In this document: positions 9,190 to 16,300 of the stretch, piece by piece
Layout: each line of letters begins with the position of its first letter
Numbering within the stretch: position 1 is the first letter of the stretch
Source: a virus
Taxonomy: Duplodnaviria > Caudoviricetes
Strand: one strand, 5' to 3'
Length of the DNA: 38,749 nucleotides
Virus record (IMG/VR): IMGVR_UViG_3300032318_000846
Span: 1 to 38,749 of that record
The notes under the pieces: model-generated
Told to the model about the DNA's origin: nothing
Database searches by the model: none
Seen by the model: the letters and a program-made list of their open reading frames with translations, nothing else
Translations under genes and position numbers: made by a program

Positions 9190-9832
9190 AGATGGCTTGG
9201 TAGATGTTCGGGAACTGCTCGGTGAAGATGATCTGGATAGCTTGGGCAATGTCCCGGTGTTCCTTCTGGGTGCCGTCTGCTGTCCGCTGCTCCAGATAGT
9301 GAATCCAAGAGCGGATATTCCCGGTCATATAAAGCCGGGTTCTAGTGCAGAGCGGCAGCACCATCCGAGCGGTCTCCTTGCTGGCACCCTCGTTAATTAG
9401 GGTTTCGTAAGCTTGGTAAGAGGTCTCGATGACGTTCCTGACAATCTCCGACATACGGTGGTCCTCGATGGGCGGACCGGATGCCTGGCGGTTCTGCGGA
9501 TGCTGCCGGCGTAGCTCCACAGCCTCAAACCCCTGAGCCAAGGCGTAGCGTTGGCTAAACTCTTGGAACGTGAATGAGCGGTGACGCAGAATCTGCGCGG
9601 CGATGGCTCTGGAGGTCTCAATCTCCACCGTCATCGAGGCCGTCTCAAAGATGGACCAATGTCCGTGCTTGATGCAGTAGTTGATGAGCCTAGGAGCCGT
9701 CTCCTTATTGAGCTGGTTGGCCGGATTGCTGACCCGTGCGGCGTAGACGATGAGGTCTTCCGCCGTCCAGATGTCGCTATCCTCCTGAAGCTCCTTGGAG
9801 GGAGTAGTGAGGGCTATGAGTCGGACGTTCAT
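9173..9832 (-). CDS. thyX: Flavin-dependent thymidylate synthase
   Basis: GHWSIFE, QILRHRSFTFQEFSQRY (RHRx7S) and ARMVLP motifs. Start placed at the ATGA-type overlap at 9832. Confidence 0.95.
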   Translation of the reverse strand: MNVRLIALTTPSKELQEDSDIWTAEDLIVYAARVSNPANQLNKETAPRLINYCIKHGHWSIFETASMTVEIETSRAIAAQILRHRSFTFQEFSQRYALAQGFEAVELRRQHPQNRQASGPPIEDHRMSEIVRNVIETSYQAYETLINEGASKETARMVLPLCTRTRLYMTGNIRSWIHYLEQRTADGTQKEHRDIAQAIQIIFTEQFPNIYQAIYESHD

Positions 9833-10227
9833 TTGTAGTTCTCCTTCATTGCGGCGTCGATTGCCCGCCTCGCGTCGTGGAGCCATTGCTCTCCAGTTGA
9901 CTCAATTTTCAACTTTGAGCACGCAGCTGAAAACCTAGCGATCGATCCCAGCGACAGGATAAAATCCAAGCGGGCGCCGTCTGCTCTTAGACGAGCAATC
10001 TCGCGTTCATAAAATCCGGCTTTTACTTTCAGCTCATTGATTTCCCTGCACGCAATTCGCAAATGCTCGCGCTTTGATGCGCATTCCTGATCCAATTGCT
10101 TTCGCAAATCAATACACTCATCTATGTACCATTGAATGTCGCGCTGCGTTGATTGTGTTGTTGGCAAGGTCATTTTACCCAATGCTTTCGCGTGCCTATT
10201 CGCTTCGGCAATTAAGTGATCGCTCAC
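9829..10227 (-). CDS. Accessory coiled-coil protein (Ead/Ea22-like C-terminus)
   Basis: GTGA overlap start with a GGAGG Shine-Dalgarno; IARLRADGARLDF...RRAIDAA. Confidence 0.6.
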   Translation of the reverse strand: MSDHLIAEANRHAKALGKMTLPTTQSTQRDIQWYIDECIDLRKQLDQECASKREHLRIACREINELKVKAGFYEREIARLRADGARLDFILSLGSIARFSAACSKLKIESTGEQWLHDARRAIDAAMKENYK

Positions 10228-10613
10228 GTCGGTGTCCCTCCTTCGTTGATGTTTTGATTCATAATTTGATCCTGTCCCCAATTTTTGGTCTCTAACTTTT
10301 TGCGTAACTCAGCGGCTCGATATTCAAGCTCATCGATATTTACGCCCATCATCTCAAGATAGGCATGGATTTGCTCTGGTGTCATAGCGTCCACGACTTG
10401 CCCCAGACGCTCGGCCTCGTAGTCAGCTATCGCATCTTCCAATTTATTTATTGCGCGGTTCATTTTGCCGAAGGCGCGTTGATGCGTGGTGCTCGTTAAT
10501 TCGTACCAGCAAGCAATCACTCGATTTGCGCGGACCCGAATTAAAACGAACGGATCTATGCGACCTCCCATCGTATCGTTGTCCGATGTCTCGTCGTCTT
10601 GTTTTTGGCTCAT
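10224..10613 (-). CDS. Hypothetical protein
   Basis: GGAGG Shine-Dalgarno and coupled overlaps on both sides. Confidence 0.65.
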   Translation of the reverse strand: MSQKQDDETSDNDTMGGRIDPFVLIRVRANRVIACWYELTSTTHQRAFGKMNRAINKLEDAIADYEAERLGQVVDAMTPEQIHAYLEMMGVNIDELEYRAAELRKKLETKNWGQDQIMNQNINEGGTPT

Positions 10614-11062
10614 TTATTGACCTCCCGCTTAAACGGATTTGGTACTAGGGTGCGGAGGTGATCGGCTTGTGCAGCCCGCGCAGCAGCCCACGCAGCAGCC
10701 CGCGCAGCAGCCCACGCAGCAGCCCGCGCAGCAGCCAACTCCTCATCCGTCGCTTTTCCGGCAGCGTATCGCTCCGCAACATCGAGCGCGGCGAGCGAGC
10801 GCGGGTCGGTCAGCAAGTCGCCGGTGACGCGTCCGTCTGCGAGCGGAGTATTCCTCGCGCACCAGACGGCAAACAAGCGCAGCATCCGGTCGTCAAGTCG
10901 TTGGTTGATTGCGTCACTTATCCACAATAGCCATTCGCTTCGTGGACAGTTTTCCCACACGTCAATCATCGTCGGTTGGGTGAGAGCCCAGTCGCGGCCT
11001 TCGTCGCACGCTTTGGTTGCAGCGCAGAAATCGGCAGGTGACATAATAAGTAGGTTGCTCAC
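10610..11062 (-). CDS. AAAW/AAAR-repeat phage protein
   Basis: ACDEG, LRLFAVWCAR and DPRS...AERYA.G.AT.EEL followed by Ala-rich repeats. Confidence 0.8.
   Translation of the reverse strand: MSNLLIMSPADFCAATKACDEGRDWALTQPTMIDVWENCPRSEWLLWISDAINQRLDDRMLRLFAVWCARNTPLADGRVTGDLLTDPRSLAALDVAERYAAGKATDEELAAARAAAWAAARAAAWAAARAAQADHLRTLVPNPFKREVNK
10671..10736. repeat. 12-bp coding tandem repeat
   Basis: GCAGCAGCCC(A/G)C repeated about 5.5 times, encoding AAAR/AAAW on the - strand. Confidence 0.9.
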
Positions 11063-11412
11063 GGCTTCGCCTCCTTCCCACGAGCAACGTCGATGGCAAA
11101 CCTAGCGGTGCTTATTCTTCCATCTGTAATGAGCACTAAGCCTTCTGCGGTGTCGTTCGTACTTTTGGTGTAACGCCACGACTGATTGGCGCGTTGCCCG
11201 TCAAGCCAGTTTAGCCGCTCCTTGTCCTCGCGCAAACAAGCGATCTCATCGGCATACTCTTGCTTACGCTTCCGAAATTCCACCCACTGTTGCGTCCCGG
11301 CTTTAAAAAACCGAGTGTTTTCTGCCCTCAATTCTTCGTTTTCGCGCAACAACTGATTAACCTTCCCGACCAACTCAAACGCCTGTAAGTCCATAATTTG
11401 TGTGTCGTTCAC
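11059..11412 (-). CDS. Accessory coiled-coil protein (Ead/Ea22-like C-terminus)
   Basis: GTGA overlap start with a GGAGG Shine-Dalgarno; IACLREDKERLNWL...RFAIDVA. Confidence 0.6.
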   Translation of the reverse strand: MNDTQIMDLQAFELVGKVNQLLRENEELRAENTRFFKAGTQQWVEFRKRKQEYADEIACLREDKERLNWLDGQRANQSWRYTKSTNDTAEGLVLITDGRISTARFAIDVARGKEAKP

Positions 11413-11702
11413 GGCTGCGCCTCCTTTCCTTCTGGCTTTATGCCCGTAGCCATCCACTCCGCGCAGATGGAGTAGCCGATGATGTCCACGTAGTTGTCGT
11501 CCTTGTGCTTGTGGGCCTCGCGGCGCAGCTTTAGCCCAATCATCATCAGAGGCACATCCTCAGCGGTGATGGGTGCGTGCAGCTTGTGCTGCAAAATCCC
11601 AGTCCAGATGAGGGCCGTACCCTTAAAGTCGGCCATTGGGTTTCCGTAGGAGTCCTGGCGGTCTCCGGTTACTACCTTTAATGCTTCGTCGATGTAGCTC
11701 AT
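11409..11702 (-). CDS. DUF6378-like protein
   Basis: GDRQDSYGNP...DVPLMMIGLKLRR...DNYVDIIGY. Confidence 0.8.
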   Translation of the reverse strand: MSYIDEALKVVTGDRQDSYGNPMADFKGTALIWTGILQHKLHAPITAEDVPLMMIGLKLRREAHKHKDDNYVDIIGYSICAEWMATGIKPEGKEAQP

Positions 11703-11797
11703 TCGTCGTAATCCGGTCCGTTGTCGCTTTGGTAAACCACCCCGATGACAAACCCGATTAGGGCTGAGAGGGCTATGGCTGCGAGTAGAAGGGTCAT
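11699..11797 (-). CDS. Small membrane peptide (not in ORF track)
   Basis: 32 aa MTLLLAAIALSALIGFVIGVVYQSDNGPDYDE with ATGA overlaps at both ends. Confidence 0.65.
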   Translation of the reverse strand: MTLLLAAIALSALIGFVIGVVYQSDNGPDYDE

Positions 11798-12012
11798 TTC
11801 ACACCTCCGTAGATGGTCTGGTCAATTTGGTGATGCCGGCGGATGGTGAGGGCACTTTTCCTAATCTCATCCCTGAACCACTCCTCGGTGAAGGTGTTCT
11901 TTGAGGTGAGGATGCCCTGGCGGATGAATCGGGAGGTGCTTTGAAGTGCCCGGATGCGGCCCATTAGGTAGGAAGCCGTCGGGTCTTGGAGGATGTAGTT
12001 TTTAAGGCTCAT
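11794..12012 (-). CDS. Hypothetical protein
   Basis: GGAGG Shine-Dalgarno and ATGA overlaps. Confidence 0.65.
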   Translation of the reverse strand: MSLKNYILQDPTASYLMGRIRALQSTSRFIRQGILTSKNTFTEEWFRDEIRKSALTIRRHHQIDQTIYGGVK

Positions 12013-12266
12013 AGCGCGGCCTCCTTCTGGTTAATCCAGTCCAAGTGGTAGGTGAGTATCTCAATCTTCGCATTCTGCTCGTAGAGCAGTTGGATCGCGG
12101 CTTTGATGAGGTCGGCTTGCTCTGAGCAAGTAACCTCCAGCTTGGTTTGGAGCCCGTAGGCGATGTCTTTGATGTCCATTTTCTTCGTGGTTCGTGTCTT
12201 TGTTGGGGCCGGCTTGTTGCCGGCTGCTAAAGTTGGATCAAATTTCCCGTCATTCGCCAAGCTCAT
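12009..12266 (-). CDS. Hypothetical protein
   Basis: First ORF downstream of the large non-coding block. Confidence 0.6.
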   Translation of the reverse strand: MSLANDGKFDPTLAAGNKPAPTKTRTTKKMDIKDIAYGLQTKLEVTCSEQADLIKAAIQLLYEQNAKIEILTYHLDWINQKEAAL

Positions 12267-12317
12267 TTCCTGTGCCCAGAATCCCGGCAGTTGAGAATCA
12301 ACGCTTTATATCGTATT

Positions 12318-12406
12318 TGAGCTATTGGGATGAGAATGTCTCATTTCCCTCTCACTTCTGAGCTATTAAGGGGTTAATGTCTCACATATCGGACGTTATG
12401 AGACAT
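12318..12406. repeat. Iteron/operator-like repeats (candidate origin core)
   Basis: TGAGCTATT-N8-AATGTCTCA occurs at 12318 and 12359 (41-bp period), with an inverted TGAGACAT at 12399-12406. Confidence 0.55.
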
Positions 12407-12419
12407 AAGGTCTGATCTA

Positions 12420-12895
12420 TCGGACATTGGCTGTCGTCTTATGCGGCTCCTGTAAGGACGCCGCTCCGGGTCGCCGCCTTAGGGTGTAAGAAATACTAGG
12501 TAGTATTTTCAACAAACTGCCCTAGCCTAGATGCAGGAGGATTCCATAGCCCGAGGGCCTGGTTGCCTATTTGCCGTTGGCTGATTCCGCGAAGGGTCTT
12601 AAGGTCCGCGTTTCGCTAGTGGTCTAACTGCCCTGAGCCTGAGTGCTGGAGCCACCCACGCCTTCCCTATCGAATCCTCCGAAGTTTCGGGAAGGTCTTT
12701 CGACCAACAAAGCTAGCCAATCCGACTGTGTCGCCGCTTAAAGCGTCCGGGGCCTATGGGGCTGATACGTGGCCGGAACCCTACGGGGCTCCTAAAAGCA
12801 AGAAGCCCGGCGAGGTACGACTCTCGACCGGGCTTCCCCCGAGACTTCCCAGGGAGTAGATTGGTTGAGCGGGCCGTACACCGCGACTGACAACG
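12420..12895 (-). ncRNA. Candidate large structured RNA of unknown family
   Basis: No ORF of 60 aa or more. Nested inverted repeats 12420-12432/12715-12725 and 12536-12549/12667-12680, several local hairpins and an upstream promoter-like site. Confidence 0.5.
12794..12836 (-). terminator. Terminator/attenuator-like hairpin
   Basis: GAAGCCCGG-T-CGAG [loop] CTCG-CCGGGCTTC followed by TTGCTTTT. Confidence 0.55.
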
Positions 12896-12898
12896 ACT

Positions 12899-12927
12899 GA
12901 TCTAGGGGTTAGACGTTTAAGGGCAAG
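12899..12927 (-). promoter_or_regulatory. Candidate leftward promoter
   Basis: CTTGCCC-N16-TAGATC. A similar motif (CTTGCCC-N16-CATCTC, also sharing TAAA) occurs at 22074-22102. Confidence 0.35.
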
Positions 12928-13414
12928 TCTTGGATGTGTTCTGTTGTGATGTTTCTACTAAGTATTTGCGGATCAGTGCCTTAAGGAATAAAATAGTCAT
13001 TTGGCGCAGAGTTGGCGCATTGCGCGAGTGCTGCGCGGAAGATGCGGAAGATGGGATTTGACCCTTTAAGGCGATTTTCCCCCGACACTCTTTTCTCTTG
13101 TCCCCATTCCCTGAATGTAGGAATTCAACCTTCCGCACCTTCCACACCCTTGGACGATTTCACCCTTGAGGCTACCCCTACCCCCAAACTACCCCCCAAA
13201 AAGGGTTTAGAGGGTAAGGCCCTTAAGGCGCACCCCGGCGCTTCGCTTCCTCCAGGGTTCCAAGTAAGGCCGTTTACGGTGTTTAAGGAGAAAAACCGGA
13301 CGTGGATATGGCACGAACCAGAAAACCCCGCAAAATCGATTTAAAGGGCATTTGCGGGCATTTCTGGGGTGGGTAAAGCCGTCGAATCGCCGCACCTTGG
13401 CGCTTAAAACCACC

Positions 13415-13834
13415 TTAAGGGGGATTTTGGGGTCGATGCCTTAAGGCGTTTGCGGCGGATCGACTCTTTAAGGGCCATTTTTCAACAAAGCTTAGGTTTG
13501 CCATAAGTGCCTCCGCCTTGCGAGAATACGTAGTTTCCGCATTTCGGGTCACGGCTGAGGAGTAGGGACCGAAGCGCCAGGCGTTCGCCCTATTGCGGGG
13601 CGTGTCGGGGATTCCCCTTCGCGCAAGGGTCGCGCCGGTATACGTCTTAAAAAGCAGGAAAGCCCCGGCTAGCGTGCGCGGGTCCGCCTTGACGCCCAAA
13701 GCGCGGCAATCAGAAATCACGGTGGGCCGAATTTGCGCGGGCCCGATAGCGTCGCCGTTCCGGGCCCGTAAATCCCCGCCACTCTCTAGTTGGACAAGGG
13801 CGAGGAAAAGGGCGAGGAGCGCGGATTCAGGCAC
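13415..13834 (-). CDS. Lysozyme-like protein (lytic transglycosylase / destabilase-like)
   Basis: Hydrophobic N-terminus followed by QLESGG...GPAQI, the catalytic-Glu motif of the lysozyme-like superfamily. Confidence 0.6.
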   Translation of the reverse strand: MPESALLALFLALVQLESGGDLRARNGDAIGPAQIRPTVISDCRALGVKADPRTLAGAFLLFKTYTGATLARRGIPDTPRNRANAWRFGPYSSAVTRNAETTYSRKAEALMANLSFVEKWPLKSRSAANALRHRPQNPP

Positions 13835-13858
13835 AAAAAAGGCCCGCCGAAGCGGGCC
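13835..13858 (-). terminator. Rho-independent terminator
   Basis: GGCCCGC-TTCG-GCGGGCC-TTTTTT. Confidence 0.85.
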
Positions 13859-13878
13859 CGATAGGCAAGGGGAAAGGC

Positions 13879-13971
13879 TTAGCTAAGGATTGCGTAAAGC
13901 GCGCTCCCAACTAGCGAAAAAAGGCCCGCAAGCAGCCAAAGCGCCGAGAGGATGAAGTGAAAGCGTTTCAT
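13879..13971 (-). CDS. Small hydrophobic peptide (not in ORF track)
   Basis: 30 aa MKRFHFILSALWLLAGLFSLVGSALYAILS with an ATGA overlap with the upstream gene. Confidence 0.55.
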   Translation of the reverse strand: MKRFHFILSALWLLAGLFSLVGSALYAILS

Positions 13972-14234
13972 ACGTAGGCGGCTTCAATCTTTCGTCCAGA
14001 GTGGGCCGAATAAAGGTCGCCGTCTTCCCAATTAACTTCCGCCGCAACCACCCGCCAGCCACTGCGGTCCCTTTCCCGGATAGCGTTACATATGGTCGCG
14101 CCGTGCTTTCGGGCATCCTCAAAAGACAAAGGCGCGCCGTCAGAGCACACGAAAAAGAGGGGATAGCCTCCCGGCCAGGCAAAGGGCCCGGCCTTCAAGG
14201 CCCGCCCGAAATCTGAAGGGGTGTTAATTTTCAT
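13968..14234 (-). CDS. Early hypothetical protein (AWPGGYP type)
   Basis: TAATG overlap start; FAWPGGYPLFF...NWED..LY....IEAAY resembles a recurring phage family. Confidence 0.75.
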   Translation of the reverse strand: MKINTPSDFGRALKAGPFAWPGGYPLFFVCSDGAPLSFEDARKHGATICNAIRERDRSGWRVVAAEVNWEDGDLYSAHSGRKIEAAYV

Positions 14235-14428
14235 TACTTGAAAAGGTGTCCCGCGATAAAGGAGACGTGCTTCCGGAGCCACTTGGCGCGGGAAGGATTT
14301 CCGATGCGCCGCCAAGCACGCAAGGCGCGGGCAACGGTGGAGCGGGTTTTCGGGCCGCCGCCAAGGCCAACGACAAGAGCAATGTCTTCGCTTTCTAGGG
14401 CGTGCTGAGGAGATGGGAAAAAGTGCAT
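14234..14428 (-). CDS. Early hypothetical protein
   Basis: Tightly packed in the early operon. Confidence 0.55.
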   Translation of the reverse strand: MHFFPSPQHALESEDIALVVGLGGGPKTRSTVARALRAWRRIGNPSRAKWLRKHVSFIAGHLFK

Positions 14429-14432
14429 AGGT

Positions 14433-14771
14433 TCAAAAGTTCAAAACCAAAACCCCGCCGTCAAAGTCTATGACGTGCGTATTGTCCTGAAGGTATTCAA
14501 GCGCCTTGCGGTCCGACGTATCGTCCCTTTCCTCGCCTTCCGGGATTTCGGGCGCTTCCCAACCGTATGCTTCCGCAGCTTCGACTGGGTCCGCGTACTC
14601 TGTCCAGTCGCAGCACAGGGCGATAGGGTCAAATTCCGTCTCCTCGCCTAGGTCGCGTTCCAACTCTTCCAAGTGTTCAAACAAAGCGACAAGCGCGTTG
14701 CGCGAGAATTGGTTGGGCCTCACTTGGCGAAAAACGTCAAGGAAGCGGGATTGCGTAACAGTTTCTTTCAT
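14433..14771 (-). CDS. Acidic early protein
   Basis: NQFS..AL..LFE.LEE...EFDPIALCCDWTEY pattern. Strongly acidic, so a possible DNA-mimic or anti-defence protein (inference). Confidence 0.75.
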   Translation of the reverse strand: MKETVTQSRFLDVFRQVRPNQFSRNALVALFEHLEELERDLGEETEFDPIALCCDWTEYADPVEAAEAYGWEAPEIPEGEERDDTSDRKALEYLQDNTHVIDFDGGVLVLNF

Positions 14772-14792
14772 ATGTCTTTGTTGTTTAGTGGG

Positions 14793-14882
14793 TTAGTCGA
14801 AATACCCGCAGAACCCAAGGGCGACCGCGGATAGGATAAGGCAAAGGGCCAGGCAGGCGAGGGTTTCTAGCGTGCGTTTCAT
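14793..14882 (-). CDS. Small hydrophobic peptide (not in ORF track)
   Basis: 29 aa MKRTLETLACLALCLILSAVALGFCGYFD with an ATGA overlap. Confidence 0.55.
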   Translation of the reverse strand: MKRTLETLACLALCLILSAVALGFCGYFD

Positions 14883-15016
14883 TTTGAGACCCTCCGGGTA
14901 AAGGTGACGCTGAATAGGGTGACGCGGATTTGCGCCCATCCCAAAGCTTGCAAACGCTCCGCCTTGCGTAGTCCGGCGAGCGTGTTAGTGAGAACGGTTA
15001 CGGTTTCGGTTTTCAT
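14879..15016 (-). CDS. First early gene, hypothetical
   Basis: ATG at 15016 after an A-rich leader; 45 aa. Confidence 0.55.
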   Translation of the reverse strand: MKTETVTVLTNTLAGLRKAERLQALGWAQIRVTLFSVTFTRRVSK

Positions 15017-15057
15017 TTCTGTTTTTGTGTTTCGCTCGGCGGTTTTCGCCTCGCCGG

Positions 15058-15110
15058 TATTAATAGGAACGAACTTTCCGCAGCGCGCAAGCCTTTTCTT
15101 CAAAAAAGTT
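15058..15110 (-). promoter_or_regulatory. Candidate early sigma70-type promoter
   Basis: A/T tract, TTGCGC and then TATTAAT upstream of the first early gene; spacing is imperfect. Confidence 0.4.
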
Positions 15111-15197
15111 TTGGGCCCGTTTCCCGAGGGAAAGCCAACCCCGTAGGCCAAGCCAGGCAACCCAATCCCGGCCAGCTAGCTAGGGAAGGAAGCAAGG

Positions 15198-15240
15198 CCC
15201 CGCCAACCAAAGCCCCAAACTCCCCGCCAACCAAAGCCCC
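15198..15240. repeat. 19-bp direct repeat in a T-poor tract
   Basis: CCCCGCCAACCAAAGCCCC at 15198-15216 and 15222-15240. Confidence 0.85.
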
Positions 15241-15455
15241 GCAACCCAAGGCAAGGAAGGAAGCGAATAGAGGGAAGGAACAGCCAACCCTTCAAAGCCA
15301 ACCCAAAGGAAGCCCAAAGGGAAGGAAAGCCGGTAGCAAGTCGGCAAGGCTAGCTGCATCCGGGGAAAGGTAGGGTTGCAACCCATCACCCCCTTAATGG
15401 TCCGAGCCTCGCGTGTCCGTCCGTACACGGTCACAATTGAGAGTAACCTACCCCA

Positions 15456-15523
15456 CTAGGGGATTAACCCCAGGCCAGACACTAGGGTATTCACCCTATC
15501 CCTATTCCTAGGGTATTCACCCC
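15456..15523. repeat. Three near-palindromic boxes at 26-bp period
   Basis: CTAGGG(G/T)ATT(A/C)ACCC starts at 15456, 15482 and 15508. Confidence 0.85.
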
Positions 15524-15751
15524 ATCCCAGATGGGGGGGGAGGGGGTCGACGCTGGGAGCTGGAGGAAGATTGGGATTGATAAACCCACCCCTTAAAAAA
15601 TTGCTGCAAATGACCCTCCCGCCGCATTAGCGGGGTTCTGGGAAGCAGGCCATATCCAGACATCCATTTTTAAAAAATCCCTTTAAATGGCCGCCGTTCG
15701 CTTAATACGTTTAAGCTTGTTAAAGGAAAGGGCGTCTGGCGTTAATAAGCT

Positions 15752-16300
15752 ATGGCGACGAAGCGGCAGATGAGTAAGATGGCTAAGGCGGTGGCGGAGG
15801 TGGGTGATCGTACCGGGAACTTCTTAGAAAGGACGGACCCGGGGAAGGCTACGCGGGCTTTGGAGATGTTGGCGGATGGGGAGAGCTTTAGAACCATCCA
15901 GAAGGAGTTGGGGCTTCAATGGGACACGGTGGCTAGGTTGAAGGCCCGGCATAAGACCTTGCTGGATGAGCGGCGGGCTGTGTTGGCCGAGGATGCCCTG
16001 GAGATTGCGGAAGGTCTAAGACTCCTTCAGAAGGAGAAGATGCGGATGCTGGCGGAGGACCCTGAGCAGTTGGCGCGGACCAACATTAGGGACCTGTCTA
16101 TTCCTTGGGGCATCAGCGTAGACAAATACTTGGCCGTCCTTGGAGAGAACAAGGTAACCGTTGAACATAAGAGCGCAGCACCAAGCCTTGAAGATGCGAT
16201 GGCGGCAATCCAAGCTGCCAAGGATAAGTTAAGGCTTGCATCTATCAATGTGGACTCGTTGACTGTTGAGCCTAAACCAGTTGAACAACCCAAGGATTAA
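15752..16300 (+). CDS. Putative terminase small subunit (HTH)
   Basis: HTH-like ALEMLADGESFRTIQKELGLQWDTVARLK; first gene of the packaging operon. Confidence 0.6.
   Translation: MATKRQMSKMAKAVAEVGDRTGNFLERTDPGKATRALEMLADGESFRTIQKELGLQWDTVARLKARHKTLLDERRAVLAEDALEIAEGLRLLQKEKMRMLAEDPEQLARTNIRDLSIPWGISVDKYLAVLGENKVTVEHKSAAPSLEDAMAAIQAAKDKLRLASINVDSLTVEPKPVEQPKD

Noticed and set aside
12430-12452. Group II intron domain V-like GAGCCGCAT on the - strand
   Set aside because: No complementary 3' arm downstream, no interrupted gene and no reverse transcriptase.
12758-12790. tmRNA-like 5' end GGGGCTGAT on the + strand
   Set aside because: No following GATTCGAC, no T-arm/CCA 3' end and no tag reading frame.
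13012-13344. + strand ORF of 110 aa, and overlapping - ORFs 12917..13147 and 13207..13413
   Set aside because: No recognisable motifs, and the region is dominated by the TTAAGG array. A short gene from TTG 13150 cannot be excluded.
15180-15434. Hydrophobic - strand ORF of 84 aa
   Set aside because: Best explained as a by-product of the T-poor repeat tract, which suppresses stop codons.
15456-15523. Mini CRISPR array
   Set aside because: Repeats of about 15 bp with spacers of about 11 bp are too short, and there are no cas genes.
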